A stretch of DNA of 63,695 bases, the filler included, from Octopus bimaculoides (taxonomy: Eukaryota): the NCBI RefSeq assembly GCF_001194135.2. It is 7 parts of 7 records of this genome, joined end to end, with 100 filler letters (N's around TTAATTAATTAA, not from the genome) between each part and the next. Parts side by side here need not be neighbours in the genome. Positions count along the whole stretch, not along the records: positions 52,040 to 54,432 come from NW_026358211.1; positions 54,533 to 62,124 come from NC_068999.1; positions 62,225 to 63,695 come from NC_068982.1; 4 more parts are not named here. The stretch is one strand, 5' to 3'. Every line of letters starts with the position of its first letter. The stretch's first letter is position 1. This document shows, piece by piece, positions 52,040-63,695 of this stretch. The translations under genes and the position numbers were made by a program. Below the pieces are notes generated by a model. The model saw only the letters and a program-made list of their open reading frames with translations. It was not told the DNA's origin and ran no database searches.

Positions 52040-53830
52040 AGATACACAAAAGTGAGAAAATAAGTAACGCATGCAAGATAGCCACAGACTTAATAATCAC
52101 AGTCCCTACTCCTTATGACCTCAAATTGAGACCTGTAATTGCAGATCCCGCATGCGAAACCCACCGCCTTAGTAACGTTTTAGATACCCTCTTAAAACGA
52201 TTACTCAAGCATGTCAAAAGCTATATAAGGGACGACCTGGATATGCTCAATCACCTTCTTAAATCAATTAACAAAAACACCCTACTAGTATTCTTCGATG
52301 TAGTCAACCTCTATTCCAATATCTCCCACAACCTAGGAATAGAGGCAATTCAATTCTGACTAGAGAATTGCGCCAACGAACTCCCACATCGCATCAAAAA
52401 GGAATTCGTGATAGAAAGGCTAAAATTCACCCTGGAAAATAACTACTTCTTCTTCAAAGACAACTTCTACCGACAAAAATCGGGGACTGCGATGGGTACG
52501 AGAATGGCCCCCTCATTTGCTAACCTAGTCATGGGATATCAAGAAATTAGTCTTTATCGTAAGGTTCTAGAAAAATGCGGCAGCCCATTCTCCCTCTAGA
52601 TAGAAAATAATTGGAAGAGATACCTGGATGACTGTTTCATTCTTTAGCATGAAAATATAGAGAAACTTAAAGAATTCCAAGCACTTATAAATGGACTTGA
52701 TGTAAACATTCAATTCACGATGGAATATAGCCAGCAACAACTTCCCTTCCTCGACATTCTCATTAAGAAATCTAACAACANNNNNNNNNNNNNNNNNNNN
52801 NNNNNNNNNNNNNNNNNNNNNNNNNNNNNNNNNNNNNNNNNNNNNNNNNNNNNNNNNNNNNNNNNNNNNNNNNNNNNNNNNNNNNNNNNNNNNNNNNNNN
52901 NNNNNNNNNNNNNNNNNNNNNNNNNNNNNNNNNNNNNNNNNNNNNNNNNNNNNNNNNNNNNNNNNNNNNNNNNNNNNNNNNNNNNNNNNNNNNNNNNNNN
53001 NNNNNNNNNNNNNNNNNNNNNNNNNNNNNNNNNNNNNNNNNNNNNNNNNNNNNNNNNNNNNNNNNNNNNNNNNNNNNNNNNNNNNNNNNNNNNNNNNNNN
53101 NNNNNNNNNNNNNNNNNNNNNNNNNNNNNNNNNNNNNNNNNNNNNNNNNNNNNNNNNNNNNNNNNNNNNNNNNNNNNNNNNNNNNNNNNNNNNNNNNNNN
53201 NNNNNNNNNNNNNNNNNNNNNNNNNNNNNNNNNNNNNNNNNNNNNNNNNNNNNNNNNNNNNNNNNNNNNNNNNNNNNNNNNNNNNNNNNNNNNNNNNNNN
53301 NNNNNNNNNNNNNNNNNNNNNNNNNNNNNNNNNNNNNNNNNNNNNNNNNNNNNNNNNNNNNNNNNNNNNNNNNNNNNNNNNNNNNNNNNNNNNNNNNNNN
53401 NNNNNNNNNNNNNNNNNNNNNNNNNNNNNNNNNNNNNNNNNNNNNNNNNNNNNNNNNNNNNNNNNNNNNNNNNNNNNNNNNNNNNNNNNNNNNNNNNNNN
53501 NNNNNNNNNNNNNNNNNNNNNNNNNNNNNNNNNNNNNNNNNNNNNNNNNNNNNNNNNNNNNNNNNNNNNNNNNNNNNNNNNNNNNNNNNNNNNNNNNNNN
53601 NNNNNNNNNNNNNNNNNNNNNNNNCAAAATTCCCCAAAACAGAAAAATAGCATTCAGCCAACACATAGACATCTGCGCCAATAACAAAAATCCAAGCTTC
53701 AGAACTTTCCCCTTCTACCATTTCAGGGACGATACAACCTGTAGTCAACGAATTAGTAAAGAGATTCTCTTTATTACAAATAACAGACCCCTTTTGAACG
53801 CGTCTACAACAAACGACATATCCACCGCGG
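52040..53830 (+). mobile_element. Penelope-like retroelement: RT pseudogene, gap, endonuclease C-terminus
   Basis: LRPVIA, FFDVVNLYSNI, GTAMGTRMAPSFANLVM, WKRYLDDCFI, LPFLDILI, with in-frame stops. After the gap: SQHIDIC...KEILFI...PLLN. Confidence 0.92.
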
Positions 53831-54028
53831 CCTTATAATAACACAAGCACACAAGCAAATACTAAAAATGACTGTTTTTTAATGGATTCTTGGGAATCTC
53901 TTGAAGATTCCCAAGAATTCATTAAAACACATTCCCAATCACTGTTATAATCCATAATGAGCCACTTTTAGGTCACTAGACCATTTAACACCTTATTACT
54001 AACATACCACCTACATTCCTTCTTATTC

Positions 54029-54097
54029 TCCCTTCTCTTCTTCTTCTTCTTCTTCTTCTTCTTCTTCTTCTTCTTCTTCTTCTTCTTCTTCTTCTTC

Positions 54098-54168
<71 letters not shown>

Positions 54169-54183
54169 GTTATTATTATTATT
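54029..54183. repeat. (CTT)n(TTA)n compound microsatellite
   Basis: Seen directly. Confidence 0.95.
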
Positions 54184-54532
54184 CTCTACCAAGAATTCAC
54201 AACGACTTCGAACACAAAAGAGTAAACAAGAGAGGCAGAAACAAGCAGTAACAAGGAAAATATCACTTATATTTGAACACTATACAAATATTCTTTAAAA
54301 AAACTTTTCTTTCAATTTTTCCAAAATTTAATTGTTTTCTATAATTACAGTTGAAAAAATCTCAATGACTGAAACTGGTACAGAAATGCGTTTTATAAAA
54401 TTATTTTAGCATTTTCTACCTTGACTTTTTTCNNNNNNNNNNNNNNNNNNNNNNNNNNNNNNNNNNNNNNNNNNNNTTAATTAATTAANNNNNNNNNNNN
54501 NNNNNNNNNNNNNNNNNNNNNNNNNNNNNNNN

Positions 54533-56100
54533 TCTAGATAGATGACCATTTACGCGAACTACCAAGCAGATTCCGCTGTATAAGGCAGCGGTCCAACCGC
54601 GGAAGACTGGACCGAAATCAACCGCTCTGAGGACAGCCTCCAAGTAGCGATGATTGACCCTATCGAAAGCTTTCGATTGATCCAAATTGATCAGCGCCCC
54701 ATCCATGCCAGGTTCCTTAACTACCCTCTCAATGATGTAGCGCATCAGATACTCCTGCCCGGCACGGTGCATGTTTGCGCCTTGTCGACCAGTTTCTCGA
54801 TTACAACCGCCAACCTTTCGGTTAGCACCTTGGCCAAAATCTTCGAATGTGCGTTGAGCAGAGTGATGAACCTGAAGTTATCTATGACGTTCCCCTTGTT
54901 TGGATCTTAGCTCCTTAGCGCACAAAACTGGGGATACTCGCGTTTTGCTACCAGTCGCAGTAAACGATGCCAAGACGCCTCCAAACAAGTCTGGCATATG
55001 ACAATAAAGCTCGTAAGGTAGACCATCCAAGTCTGGCGACTTGTCTACCGCGCAGCCTGCCATCGCATCCCGTACGTTCGCGGCTGTAATGGATCTTTCA
55101 CAACACTCCGCCTCTCTTGCTGCTAGTCGTGGCAAGCCATGCAGGTAGGCACTAAAGTTTACTCTGCGTTCTGACCTACCAGCTGTCCCGAACAGTTGGG
55201 CAAAGTGTTGTTGAAAGGCGTCACACATCCTTTCGGGCTCGAGTAATTCACGACCCTGTTCATCTGTCAGACCTAACGGTGGCTTTGTTGCCTCGTTGCA
55301 CCTCCGCCACTCGGGAGGTTCCAATTCCTTCGTTCCTCAGAACACACATCCTAGCTCTGACAACGCATCCTTCGTGTTTGGCATTGAAGTGTTGGTCGAG
55401 GGCCAATCTCGCCGCCAGCACGATTCCACTTTTATGTGCCTCTTTTAATTTCTTAACTAGGTCTCCCTCTATTCTATTTCGATCTATCGCTAGAGCCTTA
55501 CTATACCTACCCGATTCTGCTTTAATTGCTTTCTTTAGGGCATACCACCATCTATTATTGACGATGGCGTTCGTCAATGTCCTCTTAACTAATGTGCTAA
55601 TCCGGTCTCTGTAAGCCTGATGCGCCGTGAACGACGGGTTCAGTTTCCAGTAACCGGGATCCTGCCTATAATTCTTATCTAAGTCAAGCGTACAAGTCAC
55701 AAATTTGTAATCTGTGTAGCTGACTATATGAAATTGTGGACAACCTACACTATCCCTATCCATTGCCCTACAGAATACTCTGTGTAAATTCAATCTGGAC
55801 GACCCGATGCGGTTGCTCCATGTCCACATTGGCACATTCCAGTCGGTACCTGTCAGACAGTTAGGAACGTCTGAGCAGTCTTTGGGGCATTTACATCCCC
55901 TCCTATTCCTATCTCTATCCACGTAGTCTAGATGCGTGTCCAAGGTAGCGTTCCAATCTCCCACTAAAAGTAAAGGTCGAGATGTTCCCAGGAAAACCTC
56001 TTGACGTCGAAAGAAAGCTGGCCGACCTGTTAAGGATGGTGCATAAACTGTTATCGGTCGAAAAGTACACTCATTACTCACACCGCCATATGCACAGCTG
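54533..56100 (-). mobile_element. Tx1/L1-clade LINE ORF2 (partial APE endonuclease and RT N-half), pseudogenised
   Basis: TVYAP, LVGDWNA, WTW, GYWKLN, KSPDLDGLPYELY, INLDQSKAFDRVNH. Frameshifted and truncated at the gap. Confidence 0.92.
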
Positions 56101-56260
56101 ATAAAACAGCTCTACCAAGAAATGAAAAAGCATCAGCAACCAACAAGCCAGCCCAACCAAACTTGACCATCAGCGCCACCAAGAACAGAAACAACATCAT
56201 CACCACCAACAACTATAGAAGCACTAAACGAAGAAGTGAAAAACAAAAGGGCTCATACCC

Positions 56261-56615
56261 CAGAGTAACACCCGCACGAATTCATTGGAAATTTCTTTTT
56301 TTCTTAGTGAAAATTGTGCTGGTGAAAAGATCAATGTGGGTGAGGGTGGGTGAAATTTCCGAGGCTTCCACCTCACCCTACTCCGTTTTTCAGACACCAA
56401 AAAGGTGTAGTATATTAGGATGTCACAGGAATTCATTCAACAAAAATGAAAAAAAAAACAATTTCCGGGACGGGGGGGGGTCTCCCCTGCGCCACCCACC
56501 CCCTTTCTGAACCAAAATAAGGGATTTGCAGTATATTAGGAGGTCAGGGTACTTGATTCCACGCAAAAAATTCGATTTTTTTTTTCTTAGTGAAAACCGT
56601 GCGGGTGTTACTCTG
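56261..56615. mobile_element. MITE with perfect 18-bp TIRs (CAGAGTAACACCCGCACG), no TSD
   Basis: 56261-56278 is the exact reverse complement of 56598-56615. ttttttcttagtgaaaa occurs twice internally. Confidence 0.8.
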
Positions 56616-56619
56616 AAAA

Positions 56620-57200
56620 ATTACTGTTTTTTCTTTGGTTTTTGGTTTTCTTGTTGTTGCAGTTGTTTTTGTTGTTGTTGCTCCTAGTATATTTGGCAAC
56701 GAACTTTTTTAATGGTTTTTGCTACTACAGAGGTAACAGCGTGGTTTTCTGCCTTCAACGGCGACATGTAATTTAGTACCATCTGGCAGCTTTATCAAAT
56801 CTGCTATATTTTCAAATGTATCTTGATTTGCTTGAATCAAGATTTCGAAAGACTGTTGATCTAGGACGGCAATTTCTAAGACGTTAATAACATCTTCAAA
56901 ATTGTAGCAGATGGCTGACAGCAACCATTGTGCTTCAATTTCAGGGGGCGCATATTTGAGTGTTATTCTTGTGACCCTACGCCCTAAGTACGTAAGGATC
57001 ATTAGTATTTCTTCAGATTGAAATGATTCAGTAGAAAAAAAACTTCGGTATGCTCTTCTGAATCAAACTTGACTTTGACTGTGGCATTCTTTTGCCCCTT
57101 ATAATGTATTTTTTATGTGACCATATGATCCTTATACATTTTTCGATTATTTACTGATTTATATTTTCGGGTTTTCTCGCATTTAAATTGATTGTCGTTG
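56620..57200 (-). mobile_element. Tx1/L1-clade LINE ORF1 remnant with decayed CCHC knuckle
   Basis: ...LHVAVEGRKPRCYLCSSKNH*KSSLP (Cx2Cx4Hx4, last C lost). Lies upstream of and co-oriented with ORF2. Confidence 0.8.
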
Positions 57201-57619
57201 TGTTTTTTTTTTTTTTTTTTNNNNNNNNNNNNNNNNNNNNNNNNNNNNNNNNNNNNNNNNNNNNNNNNNNNNNNNNNNNNNNNNNNNNNNNNNNNNNNNN
57301 NNNNNNNNNNNNNNNNNNNNNNNNNNNNNNNNNNNNNNNNNNNNNNNNNNNNNNNNNNNNNNNNNNNNNNNNNNNNNNNNNNNNNNNNNNNNNNNNNNNN
57401 NNNNNNNNNNNNNNNNNNNNNNNNNNNNNNNNNNNNNNNNNNNNNNNNNNNNNNNNNNNNNNNNNNNNNNNNNNNNNNNNNNNNNNNNNNNNNNNNNNNN
57501 NNNNNNNNNNNNNNNNNNNNNNNNNNNNNNNNNNNNNNNNNNNNNNNNNNNNNNNNNNNNNNNNNNNNNNNNNNNNNNNNNNNNNNNNNNNNNNNNNNNN
57601 NNNNNNNNNNNNNNNNNNC

Positions 57620-58746
57620 TGATGTTGTTAACCAACTCTTAACAAAAATTCAATATAAACAAACATTCATAGATGTGAGAAATCGTTCAGACTTACGCAG
57701 ACGAAGCGACAACAGCCGAGAGAGAGATTGTCTGCATACCTGCCTGCCTGTCTGCCTGCCCGGCAATTTTTTTCTGATAAAACCAAGAACTTATTCCTTG
57801 TAGACAACAGCACATACTCACAACTCCTACATAACAATGTTATTAGAAATTACACTAAAGCTAGACTGCAAGTTTATAACGACATTAAAAAAGAATTTAG
57901 TGTCATCGCCGCTAGGTTTAAATTAGATAAAAAAAAAAAAGTGATCCTTTCAAACAAAAGAGGCCTTTATAACTATTAAAGACAATAAAAAGAACTTCCT
58001 ATCTAATCCTAAATGCAGACTAATTAACCTTGCAAAATCAGAAAATGGTATAATTAGTAAAGATTTTTTTAGTACAATGGTCCAATAGTATAGAAGTTGT
58101 TAAAGCAATTAGAAATAAGAATAAAACAAGATTTACACAGTTTGATATTGTAGATTTCTATGCATCTATTTCTAGAAAACTGCTAGATAAAGCTCTCACT
58201 TTCGCAAGCGATTTTACAGAGATTAGTGAACAAGATAAGGATATAATCCTCCATGCTAGANNNNNNNNNNTAGATACCAAACTGACAGTTGTCAATTTCC
58301 TTGATGAATCTCTAGATTTACAAAAGAATATTTACAAACCCTGTAGAAAGCCCAACGATAGACTTAGTTATATTAATGTAGGTTCCTGCCACCCACCCCC
58401 ACCCCACCCCATAATATTTAAGAATTTAGTTAAGAGTATTAGTAGGAGAATTTCTAGCTTCTCCTCCAATATAAATATATTTAATAATGCTGCCCCACTA
58501 TATAACAATGCCCTTAAATCTAGTGGATTTAAAGAGGAAATATCTTACACACCTACTATTAGGCCAGAAATAAAGACAAGAAACATAGAGACAGGAAGAT
58601 TATCTGGTTCACACACCCCCGAAGTGACCATTAATATAAGTAAATATTTCTTGTCACTTATAGATAGACATTTTTCAATACATCGCAAATATAGAAAATT
58701 CTTTAATAGGCATAACCTAAAAATTAGTTTTAGTTCAGCCCCAAAT
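57620..58746 (+). mobile_element. Penelope-like element, 5' part (RT and thumb), interrupted by an RTE LINE
   Basis: FITIKDNKKNFLSNPKCRLINLAKSE, FDIVDFYASIS, VNFLD, RKIIWFTPP, KFFNRHNLKISFSSAPN. Confidence 0.9.
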
Positions 58747-61638
58747 TGACGTTCCTTGAGCTGTCTCCGCTTTTCTTCGCGAAGTCTAGTCCGCTCATCC
58801 TCAAAATGTTGCGTACCAGTTTTGACTATACCTCTCCAGGTAGTACGGTCTGTGGCCAGTGTTTCAAGTTCACCAAGGGGGATGTTGCAGAGCTTCAAGG
58901 GATTTCTTGAGATGATATTTATATCGCTTCTTTGGACCTCCGTGCGGTCGGTTACTCTCTGCTAACTCCCCCAAAAGACAATCTTGGGTATACCGTTTTC
59001 CGGTATCTTTATAACATGCTCCACCCAGCGCAGTTGACGTTCGAGGATTATGCATTCGATACCGGTCAATTTCGCTCGTCTCAGGATCTCTGTATGTGGG
59101 ATCTTGTCCTTCCAGGTCAGATGAAGAATGCGCTGGAGGCAGCGTATATGAAAGGATTCAAGGAGTTTGAGATGACGACGATAAAGTGTCCAGGTTTCTG
59201 AGGCATACAGAAGCGTGGAAACCACAACAACACGATAAACCTTGATTTTCGTGGAGAGATTCAGATCACAATTAAGGAAGACCCTATCCTTGAGACGTTC
59301 AAAAGCGGAGGAGGCAAGGTGGATGCGATTCTGAATTTCGTGGTCAATGACCCCATTGCTTGAGATGATGCTACCCAAATAGGTGAATTTCTCGGTTGTC
59401 TTGGATCGAAAGAGTCACAGAATGTGAACCATTTTTGGAGCATTGAAGGATGTGTTTTCTTGGTGTTGACCTGGAGTCCAGCCCGACAATCTTCACACGG
59501 CAACACTCTCTATACAAGGAAAAGACCCAGATCCGTGACAGGTTCTGCTGAAGGGTAGCTGGTTCGTGGGCGAGAGCTTTGCAGTCATCGGCATACTGTA
59601 ATTCGAAGAGAGAGGTGTTAGTGAGTTTAGTCTCCTCAAGTTGAAGAGACTGCCATCACGGCGCACAGCCACAAGGAACACATTGAAGAGGACAGGGGCC
59701 AGGACACAGCCTTGTTTAACACCGACTTGAACGTTGAAGTAGTCAGACTGATCACCACCCAATGTCACACGTGCTTGCATGCCATCATGGAACTGGCGTA
59801 GCCTGGCAAGAAGCTTAGGAGGGCATCCATACCTATGCAGGACATTCCATAGTAGTAGGCGGCTAGTAGTATCAAAAGCTTTAGTTAGGTCAATGAAGGC
59901 AAACGAGGCATCACGCTGTTGTTCTGGCTCTTCTGTAACAGGAGGCGGGAGACGAAGACCATGTCGATAGTGCTGCAGTTGGCTGCAGTCTGAGCGATCT
60001 CCCTTCTTCTTGAAGATGGAGATTATGTCTGCGTGTTTCCAGCGTTGACGGATCAAGACACTTTTCCAACGGTAGAGGATAATCCGATGAAGACGCCGAA
60101 CAAAAGCAGGACCACCATATTTATAGATTTCCCCTGACACATCATCTGATCCAGGTGATTTCCTGTTTTTAAGTAGGAGAGAGCTGTACGGATTTCCACG
60201 AGGGAGGGTTCCGTATCCAGCTCAGCGAGGGGGGGGGGAGATGAGGGAGCTCATCAATCAGTGTGGTGTCTGTAGGATTTATTTTGTTCAACAAGGAGTT
60301 GAAGTGTTCTGCACATCTGTCACGGATCTGGGTCTTTTCCTTGTAGAGAGCGTTGCTGTCCGAAGACCGTATCGGATTGATATGATTGGAAGACATCGAT
60401 TTGGTTGCAGTGTAGAACTCGTGGATTTTATTTTCATCTGCAAAACGTTGAGTTTCTGCAGCTTTGTTCTTCCACCAAGTGTTCTGAATCTGCCTAAGTC
60501 TGCTCTGGCATTCCGAGCAAAGATCTTTCCAATTCTGGAAGTGTGCGTTGGACCTGCTCGAGAGGTAGGCATCATGAGCCCGGTTTTTACTTCTGAAAAG
60601 AGGGAGGATCTCATCAGCAGATTCATCAAACCAGTCAGGATTGCGACGTCTAGGGTGTCCTAGTTGTTTGATTGCGACTGGGGAGATCAGGAAGATATGC
60701 TTGTCCCGTATATCATCTAGCTCCTCTCGGTTTACCGAGGTAGGATTAGGTAGTGGGAGAGTATCCAATTTGATGGCAAGCTGATCTTGAAAGAGGCCAC
60801 GATTTTAGGGATCATACAGTTTCGTGGTGTTCAGTCATTTTGATGCTGTCGACTTTCGGCTAGGGGGTCGAATGTTGATTCTAAGCTTGGAGCAGATAAG
60901 GTTGTGGTCTGTCCAGCAATCTACTCCACGCATTGCGCGAGTATGGAGGACATCGCCCATGTCTTGATGACGAACAATGATGTAGTATAGGAGATGTCAC
61001 TTTTTGGAACGCGGGTGCATCCATGACATCTTGTAAATGTCCTGCTATTGAAAGAGGGTGTTAGTGATGCACAGGTCATACTCGCAGCAGAAGGTGAGTA
61101 GTCTCTGTCCATTAGCGTTCATTTTTTTCCTGTGCCGTGAGGACCGAGGATCCCTTGCCAGGTGGTATTGTCACACCCAACACGGGAGTTGAAGTCACCC
61201 ATGAGTAAGATCTTGTCCGATCGGGACATGTTCCGAAACGCAGTATCAGAGAATCATAGAAGGTGTCTTTTATCTCTTCATCAGAGCTGAGAATTGTCAG
61301 AAAACGTTTGTTCGAAAGTGGGATTTTGATTGTCATCAGGCGCTCGCCGATACAGGAGGGTATTCTAGGAATTTTCTGCAATAGTCTGTTCTTGATTGCG
61401 AAACCAACCCCATGCAAACGGGGTATCCCAGAGGGATGTCCTTTCCAGAAGATGGATCCACCAGCTTCTTCAGTGAGGGAAATCTCATCGGAGAAACGAG
61501 TCTCAGTGAGTGCAGCGATGTCGACGTTGTAGCGCTTGAGTTCGATAGCTACAATAGCAGTGCGTCGCAGGGGTCGTCGAGTGTCCGGGTCATCATGTGA
61601 AACGTCATCAAGGAGGGTGCGAACATTCCAGCATGCAA
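58747..61638 (-). mobile_element. RTE-clade LINE (APE and RT), frameshifted, lacking both termini
   Basis: ACWNVRTLL, AALTETRF, GVGFAI, GDFNSRVG, FAFIDLTKAFDT, GVKQGCVLAPVLFN, FTYLGS, LLYASETW, RQLRWV.H. Confidence 0.95.
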
Positions 61639-62030
61639 CACTAAATGGAGCCTCTATGACCGAGGCCATTATTTATGAAGCCACCGTAAATTCTACGAAC
61701 GCTAATAACACAGATTCATCCAAGAGACATGTAGGTCTCACAGGAAAATTACAAAGCAAGGTTCAACAATCACAACTTAAGCTTCAGACATTGGAATAAA
61801 CGAAAAACTACCAAATTATCCAGTTATATATGGTTCTTAAAAGAACAAGGTGTCAACTACAGGATTTACTGGAATATCTTAGCCAAGTGTAAACCTTATA
61901 CCAACGGTAGTGGCAAGTGCGGTCTTTGTAATATGGAAAGATGGCTCATCTGGTAAAGTTCCTTGGACCCCGCTACATGTCTAAATTCAAGAACAGAACC
62001 TTTTGGACCATGTCCATGTGACAAAATACT
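61639..62030 (+). mobile_element. Penelope-like element, 3' part (GIY-YIG endonuclease)
   Basis: LNGASMTEAIIYEATV...RHVGLT, then by frameshift KARFNNHNLSF...KLSSYIWFLKE...KCGLCNME. Confidence 0.9.
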
Positions 62031-63637
62031 TGTTATGGTTTTGGGCCCTTCAAGATTACGGCTAGAATCCGCATATTTACTATGTTCCTGCACAAGCTTC
62101 CCATTTTTCTTAACTTCCATTAATNNNNNNNNNNNNNNNNNNNNNNNNNNNNNNNNNNNNNNNNNNNNTTAATTAATTAANNNNNNNNNNNNNNNNNNNN
62201 NNNNNNNNNNNNNNNNNNNNNNNNATCTGCCAAACCATTGGCTAGATTGAAACGTACGTAAATGATTATTACATAACATTCACAATGACTCACTACATAA
62301 CCTCAACCTCCACAATGACTCATTACATAACCTCCACACAATAAAACAACGGCTAACTAGCCCAACAGAACTGCTTCTTCTTGTATTTGTTGCTCCATTC
62401 TCCACATAAATATAATTATAAACTACGGTTTAAACAATAAATTACCTGCCTCTGGATGCCCTCTACCCAAGACGGTACCCGTATAGGTGATCCCCAGGAG
62501 TGCCTCCGGATTTAAACATCCCCTGGTTGCTTGGATGCTTCAGACTACCCCTGAAGGATTGAGGCAACCCTATCATATACCTATATATATATATATATAT
62601 ATATAAAATCATAACTTTAATATCTGCTTTTCCATGCTTGCATGGACCAAAGTTCACTGAGGCAAATTTTCTATGGCTGGATGTTTTTCCTGTTACCAAC
62701 TCTCACCTCTTTCCAAATATATTTCTCCTAGTCCTCCAAACCTGAACAATACAATGGCCAACATGAAATCATGTCTGTCCATTACAAATGAACAACACTG
62801 CTTGTATGACAGTGACATTTGTTTGCAATTAGAATGTGATATCAAAGCATGGAGACCATCAATACACACACACACCTGCATACATATTATGTGAGTGTGT
62901 TTTTCTGTCACACTCTAACTTTTCATCATCTAACACAAGATGACCTCCTCCAATTCCCCCTCCCCTCTCAAAGATTCCTTGTCTTGCAAGTTACTTGGTG
63001 ACCCTGCCAGTGCTGGTACCACATAAAAAGCATCCAGTCCACACTGTAAAGTGGTTGACATTTGGAAGGGCATCCAGCTGTAAAAACCATACCAAAACTG
63101 ACCTTTCCTCTGCTGGTGCCATGTAAAAAGCACTCTGTCCACTCTGTGCAGGAGTTGGTGTTAGGAAGGGCATCCAGCTGTAAAAACTATGCCAAAACAG
63201 ACACAGAAGTCTGGTGCAGTCTTCTGCTTGGCCAGCTCCTGTCAAACTGTCGAACCCATGCCAGCATAGAAGGCAGATGTTAAACAGGGATGGTGTGTGC
63301 TAGTGTGTTGTAGGAATATATGAACTGGAGGTAGTCCTTTATGAGTGGTGCAGGAAAATAGGCCAATAATAACTACTAGACTATAATTTTTTAAGTTTTT
63401 TTTTCTTTATATTTTTCTGTCATTCATTCCCCGTTTCTTAGAAACTGGATGAGAAATGTAACTAATCACTTGTGTATTCTTCAATATAAAATTAGAATTT
63501 CCCTTTTAACAGTTCCAGTCTAATAGCTGGAACCAGCAGAATAACAAAAGAACTGATAGGATTTAAACTCCATCCCAATTACTATCACTTCCCAATTAGA
63601 ATGTACTAAGAAAAAAATTATTTATTTTACATAAGTC

Positions 63638-63695
<58 letters not shown>

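Noticed and set aside
59261-60663. Plus-strand and alternative-frame ORFs over the RTE and Tx1 elements
   Set aside because: Shadow ORFs of GC-richer retroelement coding sequence.

Overview
Eukaryotic, AT-rich, microsatellite-rich draft-assembly DNA with many N gaps and six artificial TTAATTAATTAA contig spacers. The SINE repertoire suggests an octopus, which is inference from recalled repeat consensus. The only host gene I can support is the 3' half of a tetraspanin on the minus strand: four phase-0 GT-AG exons (20829-20933, 14935-15111, 9832-9915, 8595-8741) encoding EC2 with six Cys, TM4 and a Tyr-rich tail ending YSNL. Its 5' exons are not visible. The rest is mobile DNA: several tRNA-derived SINE families, five Penelope-like (PLE) remnants, a decayed RTE LINE nested antisense in a PLE, a rearranged Tx1/L1-type LINE, a Tc1 fossil, three MITEs and a Helentron-type HINE. 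The most notable observations are: (1) a TSD-flanked 1.3-kb retroposon carrying only a Tx1-type ORF1 and no endonuclease or RT, inserted in a SINE tRNA head; (2) a type I hammerhead ribozyme with an intact core and an unusually long stem II (46929-47027, minus), plus a second weaker one (35419-35497); (3) a sharp CpG-depleted versus CpG-normal boundary near 24.4 kb and 62.6 kb. Most ORF-track entries are microsatellite or gap artefacts. No rRNA, true tRNA or CRISPR array was found.
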